The position numbers and the translations under genes were made by a program. A stretch of 64,000 nucleotides of DNA from a virus, in the IMG/VR virus record IMGVR_UViG_3300030202_003733, positions 64,001 to 128,000 of that record; one strand, given 5' to 3'. Under the pieces are notes generated by a model, which had not been told where the DNA came from, did not search any database, and worked only from the letters and a program-made list of their open reading frames with translations. Below, in pieces: positions 36,000 to 44,149 of the stretch; position 1 is the first letter of the stretch, and every line of letters starts with the position of its first letter.

Positions 36000-37786
36000 T
36001 AGATTTCTTTGTATGTTTTCATATTTTGCGCCACTTCACTTATGTAACCAAGGGATGTAAGGAAACTATCGCCTCGTGGTGTTTTGAACGCTGGGATATA
36101 GTTTTGTGCGACAGGCTCCTGCTCAGTCTCCTCACATTTCTTTTTTATCTCGTCAGTACCGCAGTAGCTTGTGACATTGTCTGGGCTTGTATTATATCCG
36201 ACAAGTGCCATATCAAGAGCGGCTCGGCCAGTTGAAGTAAACTTCTGTCTAGAAACGCCGGGGGAGTCCGTGCTATAACCTATCTTAGCGGCCTTTTTAT
36301 ATAGCAAGGCGAGAATGCCTATCGCGGCTATTACCGCTTTAGAGTAATTCGTGACAGACATAGCTCCTTGAATTTCCATTTTTTTAGCGTAATCAGCAAG
36401 CTCAGCATCTTCATCACCAAAATGTTGACCATATCTCACTTGAGCAGGGCCTATAGATGTGTCCCCTACCGTCAGAAGAAGCCAGCCAAGTGCGCCGTCT
36501 CGATATGCTATTGATTTAGTAATCGGATTATTGGCAGTGATCGATGCCATGTTTTCAACCCATTTGAGGACATTGTATCTTTTGCCTTTGCCAAAGTCAC
36601 TCTCTCTGCCAGTGACGCCTACCGCAGCATTTGTTAAGAGCCGAAGAGTTTGTTTATCAATTCCCAAAGATTTCATTATGGACCCTTGACTAAGTGTAAC
36701 TGCGAGCACGGCGTTTTTTATATTGTCAGGCAAGTTAGTATCATTAATTTTACTAGTCGCCACGTCTGCCTTGGTGGGGCGCTGGGCCATCGACCCCTTC
36801 TCCTCTGAAAGCACCTGGGGTGACTTGTTCCACATAATCTTAATTGACCCTCTGCCACTACTATTTTTTATGTAGCTTAGCGGTTCTGCCTTCACGGTTC
36901 CCTCGGCTTGATGAAAAATAACTGGCTCGCCATTGCTTATAGCCCCTACAAACCCTAAGTGTGTATTCATGCCAAAACCCTTACCAGATAGGATGGTATT
37001 ACCCGGCACCCATTTGCCGCCCTTTTGAACAAAAAATGGCCCGTCTCCAGCCTTTGTCTCTCCCCCTTCTTGATTTGGGCTCATGCCTGTGGCCCCCTGT
37101 TTAAAAGCTGCCTTAAAGTTCGAACTACCTTGATAATAAAGCCCCACTATATCTCCGAGCTTCAAAGCGCGTTGCCACATAGATTGATCTGGTATAAGTT
37201 TTTTTACAAACTTCTCCACATCTGAGTTTCGCTTTGCTCTGATATTTGCAAAAAGCTCAGTGGCCTCAATAGCAAGATCCTTGCTTATATTTTTAAAAGC
37301 AGAATATTTGACCTGGCTTAAGCGGTGTTGGTGCCACGCATTGCCCCTGCTACCTCCGGTTGTTTTCAGCGTATCAGAAACCCACTGAGCGCATCCCCGG
37401 TCTTTACATTGTAGCACATTACTTTTTTTACCCGCCTTAATGTCTTCCTCGGCGGTCTTTAGGTTTTCAGGCAAGCCCTTGTAATACTGTATGCCCTCTT
37501 GCCCGAATATATAATTATAAATTGATTGAAGTACCCCTGGTCCTCCCTCTTCACCGGCAGCCTTCAGAACCTTGCCTAAACTTTCGGCGTCCGTAATCCC
37601 TTTTCTTGCAAGTTTGTTGCCTTCTCTCTTATAAGCGTCATAAGACTTTTTGTCGGGAGATAAAATATAATAGAAAACGCTATCACCCGGCAGCTCAATT
37701 GCACCACGGGGCAACGAGGCCTCCTTCAGGTAGGCCTTCAGTTCTTCTTCAATGATAGATTCTATATCGGATTTAGTTACTATCAT
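35987..37786 (-). CDS. Tagged dual peptidoglycan hydrolase (NlpC/P60- or CHAP-like + lysozyme/SLT-like)
   Basis: MIVTKSDIESIIEEELKAYLKE tag; GCAQWVSD...GDIVGLYY...NTHLGFV; GRESDFG...SIGPAQV...GYN. Confidence 0.7.
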   Translation of the reverse strand: MIVTKSDIESIIEEELKAYLKEASLPRGAIELPGDSVFYYILSPDKKSYDAYKREGNKLARKGITDAESLGKVLKAAGEEGGPGVLQSIYNYIFGQEGIQYYKGLPENLKTAEEDIKAGKKSNVLQCKDRGCAQWVSDTLKTTGGSRGNAWHQHRLSQVKYSAFKNISKDLAIEATELFANIRAKRNSDVEKFVKKLIPDQSMWQRALKLGDIVGLYYQGSSNFKAAFKQGATGMSPNQEGGETKAGDGPFFVQKGGKWVPGNTILSGKGFGMNTHLGFVGAISNGEPVIFHQAEGTVKAEPLSYIKNSSGRGSIKIMWNKSPQVLSEEKGSMAQRPTKADVATSKINDTNLPDNIKNAVLAVTLSQGSIMKSLGIDKQTLRLLTNAAVGVTGRESDFGKGKRYNVLKWVENMASITANNPITKSIAYRDGALGWLLLTVGDTSIGPAQVRYGQHFGDEDAELADYAKKMEIQGAMSVTNYSKAVIAAIGILALLYKKAAKIGYSTDSPGVSRQKFTSTGRAALDMALVGYNTSPDNVTSYCGTDEIKKKCEETEQEPVAQNYIPAFKTPRGDSFLTSLGYISEVAQNMKTYKEIYRLF

Positions 37787-37798
37787 CTAGGAAGTTCC

Positions 37799-40018
37799 TT
37801 ATGCTACGCCAGTGTCGCCACGGCCAGCGCGGCCAGCCCTCTTTGCAAGTCTGCCTGCGGCTTTCTCGCGACCTGCGCCAGAAGCAAGCTGTGACAATTT
37901 ATCTGCCCTAGCGGCTCTAACTTGTTTTGCAATATTTTTAAGCTGCGGGTCTCCGACGCCATACTTGTCTTCTGCATTGGCAAGAATCCTATCTGCTGCC
38001 CTTCTTACTTCGCCAGGTGTATTAGCTTTAGCAATCATACCACGCCAACCTCTTGCCTGTGGGGCCGGGGTCTTAGCTTTTGGCATCGGCACATCTGAGG
38101 TCATGGCGACCTGACGTGGCGGAGTTGTCATTTTTACAACGTCATCGCGGTCAAGCTTGACACCTTTGCCTGCTCTTTGTGCAATAGATGCAGGTGGTTT
38201 GGGTGAGGGTCTATCCGCGACCGTCTCAATATCACCGTAGGTCTTCACTGGAAGGGTAAGCTTTTGGCCAACACGAATCAAGTCAGGATTTTTCTCCAGT
38301 TCTGGATTTGCCATGATCATATCCCGGACAGTTATGCCGAGTCTTTGTGCGATCTTGGAAACAGAGTCACCCGACTTAACAGTGTATTCCTCATTAAGGT
38401 TGATCTTTCTTCTGTGAGTTTTCATCACATCCACGGTCTCTTCTTTAACCATTGACTCTATAAGTTGTTTGGTGATTTTCATTGTTTTAGTTCCTTCTTG
38501 TATACCTTTGTCATCTGCATAAGCTTGTGCAACCCTACCCCTTGCAGGGGTGCCTGGTGCTGGTGCTTTTTTAAATCTTTGTTTACGAGCCCTATCAGCG
38601 CGTTTACCAGCTTTTCGGTCAGCCGATGGTCTAGTTTCTTGTCTCGTGAGCCTAGCCTTTTTTGTTTTGAATTCTTCAATCTTCTTGTCTGCTATCCTAA
38701 CAATATCTGCTGGCAAGTAATCGGTTTTGAGGCTAACATACCTTTTCATAATAGCTGGTAGATTGCGAGGCTTCTCCGGTATTGCTCTTCTGTCCGGGTC
38801 CCTTCCTTTTTGAGCATACTCTGTTCTTATCCTCTGTAGGTCCGCAATTGCGCGATCATACTCTTGCATAGCTTTAGAGCCCGTGAACGTAGGGACCGGA
38901 ACGTTTTCTTTTTTCTCTTTCTCTACTTTAGCCTGTTTTGGCTCAACTTTTGTTTCAGGTGTTTTTGGATCGGCTTTACGCTTAGGAGTAGGGCCGCCTT
39001 TGAGAGACGCCTTGTATTCCTCCCCATACTGTGCCCATGCTTTTCTTATATATGAATTATTGTATGGTCCGCTTGGGTCAAGATCAATTTGTCTAGCGTA
39101 GTCCGAGTGGGTCTTATTTACCCATGCTCTGAATTTATCACCAGTGGTTCGGTCTACAATAACACCGCCAGTAAGAACTGCCATAGCGACTCTGCCGCCG
39201 CCGCCCTTCTTGTCATCTTTCTCTTCTTTTTCCTCTTCGGGCTCTTCCTCTTCACCACCAAGTATTTTATTTTCATCTAACGCTCCGGTCTTAGGATCCC
39301 ACTGATCTATCTTATGACCATCGAGCAGGGCCAGCGCGATTGTTTGAAGGTTTTTACCAAAAGCCTTAACTAAACCACCCGCAGCGAGGCCAGCGCCGGC
39401 TGCACCGGCTGCTCCTCCCGCAGCAACACCGGCAGGTATTGATAGACCACCAGTAAACCCAGCACCAGCGAGGCCAGCAACCCCTCCGGCAGCAGCACCT
39501 CCAATACCGCCAGCAACAGCAGCAGCGCTGCCGGCAGCAGCGGCTTGGATCGCCGCGTTGGTCAGTTCACCCTTTATGTGTCTCCTCAGGGGCGCACCAG
39601 CATATTCTTTGTATGCGGCCTCAATTAATTTGTTAGTGCCTTCATCATTAGCCAAGTTACCAATAAGTTTTGATTCATTCGTGCCAATACCCGTGCCGCC
39701 TTTCATAGATTGGTAAAGTGCTCGCACTCTAGCATTTATTAGAGCTGTCCCGGATTTACCAGCGTGCTCGTTATAATAGTCCATGGAGGACTTGCCTCCA
39801 GCAATACCTCTTGACGTCATTTTCCAAGCAGCCAGCAGATGTTTCCATTTGATTTTACCCTCTCCGGGGACGAGCCAGTACTCCTCACGCGCTTCCTGTG
39901 GGTCCTCTGCGGCGGGCGCGGCCTCTTCCTCTTGTTCAGATATTTCGTTTAAGTATCTTTTATACTCTTCTTTAACAATCTTGTTGAGGTCTTGAGGGTT
40001 CATTTTTACTTTGCTCAT
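37799..40018 (-). CDS. Tagged multidomain protein: annexin-like repeat, glycine zipper, LysM
   Basis: ALYQSMKGGTGIGTNESKLIGNL...IEAAYKEYAGAPLRRHIKGELT; Ala/Gly hydrophobic tract; YTVKSGDSVSKIA...NPDLIRVGQKLTLP. Confidence 0.75.
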   Translation of the reverse strand: MSKVKMNPQDLNKIVKEEYKRYLNEISEQEEEAAPAAEDPQEAREEYWLVPGEGKIKWKHLLAAWKMTSRGIAGGKSSMDYYNEHAGKSGTALINARVRALYQSMKGGTGIGTNESKLIGNLANDEGTNKLIEAAYKEYAGAPLRRHIKGELTNAAIQAAAAGSAAAVAGGIGGAAAGGVAGLAGAGFTGGLSIPAGVAAGGAAGAAGAGLAAGGLVKAFGKNLQTIALALLDGHKIDQWDPKTGALDENKILGGEEEEPEEEKEEKDDKKGGGGRVAMAVLTGGVIVDRTTGDKFRAWVNKTHSDYARQIDLDPSGPYNNSYIRKAWAQYGEEYKASLKGGPTPKRKADPKTPETKVEPKQAKVEKEKKENVPVPTFTGSKAMQEYDRAIADLQRIRTEYAQKGRDPDRRAIPEKPRNLPAIMKRYVSLKTDYLPADIVRIADKKIEEFKTKKARLTRQETRPSADRKAGKRADRARKQRFKKAPAPGTPARGRVAQAYADDKGIQEGTKTMKITKQLIESMVKEETVDVMKTHRRKINLNEEYTVKSGDSVSKIAQRLGITVRDMIMANPELEKNPDLIRVGQKLTLPVKTYGDIETVADRPSPKPPASIAQRAGKGVKLDRDDVVKMTTPPRQVAMTSDVPMPKAKTPAPQARGWRGMIAKANTPGEVRRAADRILANAEDKYGVGDPQLKNIAKQVRAARADKLSQLASGAGREKAAGRLAKRAGRAGRGDTGVA

Positions 40019-40545
40019 TAGCTGTTGTTCCTTATCTCTTGTAAGCCTGCTCTGGCTATTACCAAACTATCTGCTCTGTCGTAATATTCAGGCTTTGGGT
40101 TTCCAAATTTAGTATATTCGATTGCAAAGTTAGGTTCATTCTCAATTAAATAGTTCATTACAAACTGTTTTGCCTTAATTCCCCTGGGAACTTTTATACC
40201 ACACAACTTTCTCGCACTAGTCGCTGCAATGTACTGTGGCTCAATATCAAATTCTTTAAAGACCATCCATGAAACAACACCGTTAAATCTTGATAAAGTG
40301 GATAAAGTTTTAGCAGACGAGAAGCCACTTCTAAAAGACTGTAGCGACTGTTCTATAAAAACACTCGCTATATCAAAGCGGCTATCTTTCGCTAGTTTTA
40401 TTATCTGCTCGTTGACAAAATTAGCCTTATCGAAAAAATTCTTGTATTTTCTAAGATCCCAAGCTTCATTCAACAATATGTCATCATCGTCCGAAACGAT
40501 AGTGACGCCAGTTATGCTTGTAGAAATATCTAACCCTAAAATCAT
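40018..40545 (-). CDS. ruvC: RuvC-like Holliday junction resolvase
   Basis: ILGLDISTSITG, FIEQ, DRADSLVIA. Confidence 0.85.
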   Translation of the reverse strand: MILGLDISTSITGVTIVSDDDDILLNEAWDLRKYKNFFDKANFVNEQIIKLAKDSRFDIASVFIEQSLQSFRSGFSSAKTLSTLSRFNGVVSWMVFKEFDIEPQYIAATSARKLCGIKVPRGIKAKQFVMNYLIENEPNFAIEYTKFGNPKPEYYDRADSLVIARAGLQEIRNNS

Positions 40546-42023
40546 TATATATCCAATTTTAATTTAAATGTGTAGTCTTGCTCTTCGGACTTTCTTATAG
40601 GCTTGTTAACTGTGGCTATGCCAATTAAATTCTTGTCCTCATCATAGATGCCCACCTTTGAAATAAATGTTTGCTTAGCATAGCTCCCACTGGGATCTGC
40701 AAATGACGAACTAACCGTATTGACCAATTCGAGTTCAGGTTCCTTATACATGTAGGACGCCGTGCGAGCCGTGTAAGCTTCGACAGAAGAAGTGTATTGA
40801 ATAGCTGTTGGGTTGGTTGTATAATTTAGATGCCCCTTTCTGGCATGTGCCATCATTGTTACAACAGGAACAAAATTAGTCCCTTCAAAAGACAGACCAA
40901 AACTAGACGAGTTTCTATGGAAGGACAGGCCGGCTGCCTTCGTTGCGGAACCAGATATTCCATCGTTAGCACCTATGCCCCAATAAATCCACTTTTGAAG
41001 TACGCGGTCGTCGGGGTCTAAAGCACTTGTCAATATCCTAGTTTCGAGGTCATTGGTGAAAGTCCAACTCCCGGTCAACACTATCACGCCTTCGTTATAT
41101 AGCACAACACCAGCGACACTTGCTGATCCGAAGTCGGCCCCGAGATCATTGGCAGTGCCGCTAACCTGTATCAGTTCTCCATTAAAATTTTTATCTTGCA
41201 CCGTGCCAGCAAGCGTACCAGATATATAGTAATCAAGCCTGACTGAGCCTTTTTTTATCGAAGAGCCATAAAATATTGATGGGATATTTATAATGTTCAC
41301 AGCTTGTTGGTCTTTGTCCCCAAGGTTTGATGAGTAAGCATAGTGCGGGCTAAGAGTTTTATAGTGGTTCAAAACATTTTCTAAGGCTTGAATTCTTGAA
41401 GCAGTAAGAAGACCTCTTAGTCTTCTATATCTCTCGTGGCTTGTTCTTGTTGTGCCGTCTGTGGCTTCAAAGATTGTGTCCCTGTCGAACTCAACACCAT
41501 CAGGGCCAACCATTCCGGTAGATAATAACAAATTACCACCCGTGTCGCCCTCCGGGAGATCATGGGCAAGACCTGCACCTGCCTCTCTCCTCTCTTTATC
41601 AAGCAAAAAAGCGTTAGATGCAGCTATACTTGCGGAGTGATTTTCAGGATAAAAATCTCTTACTATTGAAGCAGAGTAGGGATACATTGTGCCGCTTATT
41701 TGATCGCCGTAATCAAGCGCCATATAGTCTTCTGTGGAGATCGTTTTAAATGAATTCATGGTTGCATCTTTAGTCATGAAAGTATAAATTCTGTTTGGTG
41801 CCTCAAACGATGGACTTATAGCAGAACCACTTCTGTCAACATTTATTTCGTATAAACTTATATGCCCAGGTGGAACACAACCCACACTCGATGTAAATAC
41901 ACCGGAATGATGAGGTTTCATATTATGATAGATTACGGAGTCATAAATAAAAAACTCGTGATGCGGATGAGTTTTTATTGTATTCCGAAATATATCGTTG
42001 CGGCCAAATTTATAAAGAGACAT
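40545..42023 (-). CDS. Baseplate/tail-fibre adaptor (tail-collar fibre-like C-terminus)
   Basis: TFISKVGIYDEDKNLIGIATVNKPIRK; AAGGAG SD and motif. Confidence 0.6.
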   Translation of the reverse strand: MSLYKFGRNDIFRNTIKTHPHHEFFIYDSVIYHNMKPHHSGVFTSSVGCVPPGHISLYEINVDRSGSAISPSFEAPNRIYTFMTKDATMNSFKTISTEDYMALDYGDQISGTMYPYSASIVRDFYPENHSASIAASNAFLLDKERREAGAGLAHDLPEGDTGGNLLLSTGMVGPDGVEFDRDTIFEATDGTTRTSHERYRRLRGLLTASRIQALENVLNHYKTLSPHYAYSSNLGDKDQQAVNIINIPSIFYGSSIKKGSVRLDYYISGTLAGTVQDKNFNGELIQVSGTANDLGADFGSASVAGVVLYNEGVIVLTGSWTFTNDLETRILTSALDPDDRVLQKWIYWGIGANDGISGSATKAAGLSFHRNSSSFGLSFEGTNFVPVVTMMAHARKGHLNYTTNPTAIQYTSSVEAYTARTASYMYKEPELELVNTVSSSFADPSGSYAKQTFISKVGIYDEDKNLIGIATVNKPIRKSEEQDYTFKLKLDI

Positions 42024-42039
42024 CTACTCGCTCCTTAAA

Positions 42040-42047
42040 TAATTAGT
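42040..42047 (-). promoter_or_regulatory. Candidate late promoter ACTAATTA
   Basis: Intergenic. Confidence 0.6.
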
Positions 42048-42056
42048 TGGCTAATA

Positions 42057-43169
42057 TTAATAGTCTAATCTGACTCTAAATGTTAACTCATTGGATGGAG
42101 TCTTTTTCAGCGGCTCGGACAACTTAGCAACCGCAAGCAATTCGTTGTCTGGTGAATAAAGTCCAATAGTAGTAACATATGAGGCAGGCAGCGCTCTGGG
42201 ATCTCCGTTCTTCACAACGATTTCACTAGCGCCGTTAGTGCCAGAAAGGTAAGTTGGGTTTGAACTGTAATTAAACTCATTGTGGTTACCTCTACAGAAA
42301 TAAACTGTAGAATTTAACTCTGTGGTATTGTTAAACTCTATGTTAAAAAGTCTATTCCGGAACGCATCACAAGAAGAGGAGATATTCGACCCAGTAAACA
42401 TTATATTAATAGAGCCTGTGTCGAAGTGGTTGGCCACTAAGTTCGGCCCAAATGGTGTGACAGCGGGGCCATGCGCTGTAAACAAAGAAGCCGTTAACAC
42501 AGCAACTCCCGCTTGATAGAACACCAGTCCAACCGGCTGATGGCCTGCTGGGGCTGCTGCCGAGGAAGTATAAAGCAGACCATACTCACCAGCAGGTGAA
42601 TTTGTTTTATAAGTTGTAGAAGCACTAAAATCTGAACAGGTTATCATAGTGTCTACAGTGAACTCTGGGATTGTGCCCAGGGCTCCATCAACAGACCCTG
42701 TGTCAACCACCAATTGGAAGCTTTCTTTTTTAATCTCATCTTTTACAAGAAGTCTTGAGAATGTGATAAAAATGGCTTCATTGATTTTGGTGCCGCCAGC
42801 AATAATATTACCATCCTGATCAAAATTTCTTATAGAGCCAGTCTCATCATAGCCAACTAAAAGCTGTGCCATTTGGTTGTAAATATTAATCTTTTTGCTC
42901 TGCTGGTTGGGCGCACCCGCACCAGACAGCGCTGAGTCGCTGGAAAAGCCGACTGTCAAATCATATATGTGATTTGCAGAAGAACTTAAAAAGGGGTAAT
43001 CAAACACACTTTGAAATATACCATGAGAGTAGTTCTTAATATTCGTTTCTGTCGTCCCCTGCACGTAGGTGCCCGAGGAAATAGTTCCTGTGAGGGGTAT
43101 AGCCTCGTGTAACAACGTTTTGGTTGTTGTTACATCGGTCGCCCCCATTTCTTTAAAAGTAGATGCCAT
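42057..43169 (-). CDS. Baseplate/tail-fibre adaptor, paralog of 40545-42023
   Basis: YVTTIGLYSPDNELLAVAKLSEPLKK. Confidence 0.6.
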   Translation of the reverse strand: MASTFKEMGATDVTTTKTLLHEAIPLTGTISSGTYVQGTTETNIKNYSHGIFQSVFDYPFLSSSANHIYDLTVGFSSDSALSGAGAPNQQSKKINIYNQMAQLLVGYDETGSIRNFDQDGNIIAGGTKINEAIFITFSRLLVKDEIKKESFQLVVDTGSVDGALGTIPEFTVDTMITCSDFSASTTYKTNSPAGEYGLLYTSSAAAPAGHQPVGLVFYQAGVAVLTASLFTAHGPAVTPFGPNLVANHFDTGSINIMFTGSNISSSCDAFRNRLFNIEFNNTTELNSTVYFCRGNHNEFNYSSNPTYLSGTNGASEIVVKNGDPRALPASYVTTIGLYSPDNELLAVAKLSEPLKKTPSNELTFRVRLDY

Positions 43170-43195
43170 TTTTTTACTCCATTGTTCCTTTTATA

Positions 43196-44095
43196 TTACT
43201 TCTTAATAAACCTAACAGGTACATCCACGCTATACCCGGTTGTGATGCCCGTTACTCTCACATACGTATCGATAAATTTAACTGAGGTTGATACACCATC
43301 TTTATTGTTTATAGATGTCGTTCCACCAAGCCTACTAAACAAAGTGTCACTTGAGTTTAATTCAACAGATATATTTAATTTAAATTCAAGTCTAGATCCT
43401 CTAGGACCATTAAACGCGCCGTCTGTGGGATCAGTGAGACTTGATATCCCCCTCACATATCCCGTACCGCCACCCATGGTAAGGAAATAAGTTGCCTTTT
43501 GATCATCATCAACAAAAGACACTGGTGTCTGGCGGCCCCCTATAGACGATATTCCACCGAGTCTATTATCAATCTCAATAGAAAATTGAGTTTCAATTAG
43601 GTCACTCGATATGCCAATTGTAGCCGGCGGACTTCCATTTGTGTCTAAGCCTTGGTCGAGGCGCACAAATCCTTCGCCGACACTTGGTCTCTCACCAAAA
43701 AGAACACCGGTAACAGTGTCAAAATCCTCTTCCGTGGTACGATTAGCACAAACTAAAAAAGTGCTGCTTGAATGCTTTTGGCTTGCACCATTTTCGTAAA
43801 GTTGAATTACCGGTAGGTACAGGTGGTCGGTCCTAGCAAGGCTCACAAGTCTGCTTTTCATAGTGGACCTATTATCTGTAAATGATTCTAAAATTGGTGT
43901 TTGGAGTATCTCTAGGTCGTAATACGCACTGCCACTAGGGTGGTTCCCGTTGAACGTCCTGTAATTGATCTCCTCATCGCCAAAGGAAAATTTTGTTACG
44001 TTAAAACTACCATCACCTCTGGCCAGTCTTTGCCTGCCAGAATCTGTTAAAACGGCGTCTAATATGATATCGCCACTGTTGTCTAAGAAACCCAT
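43196..44095 (-). CDS. Virion structural protein (baseplate region)
   Basis: DAVLTDSGRQRLARG...FSFGDEEINY N-terminus; GAGGAG SD; two upstream motifs. Confidence 0.6.
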   Translation of the reverse strand: MGFLDNSGDIILDAVLTDSGRQRLARGDGSFNVTKFSFGDEEINYRTFNGNHPSGSAYYDLEILQTPILESFTDNRSTMKSRLVSLARTDHLYLPVIQLYENGASQKHSSSTFLVCANRTTEEDFDTVTGVLFGERPSVGEGFVRLDQGLDTNGSPPATIGISSDLIETQFSIEIDNRLGGISSIGGRQTPVSFVDDDQKATYFLTMGGGTGYVRGISSLTDPTDGAFNGPRGSRLEFKLNISVELNSSDTLFSRLGGTTSINNKDGVSTSVKFIDTYVRVTGITTGYSVDVPVRFIKK

Positions 44096-44112
44096 GCTAT
44101 ACTCCTCACAAA

Positions 44113-44136
44113 TAATTAGTATTTTATATAATTAGT
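44113..44136 (-). promoter_or_regulatory. Tandem candidate late promoters (2 x ACTAATTA)
   Basis: Copies at 44113-44120 and 44129-44136. Confidence 0.6.
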
Positions 44137-44149
44137 TCTATTTTTTTTA

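Noticed and set aside
39360-39560. Gly/Ala tract as a tandem DNA repeat or collagen-like fibre
   Set aside because: No Gly-X-Y periodicity or exact DNA repeat unit; better explained as a glycine-zipper helix
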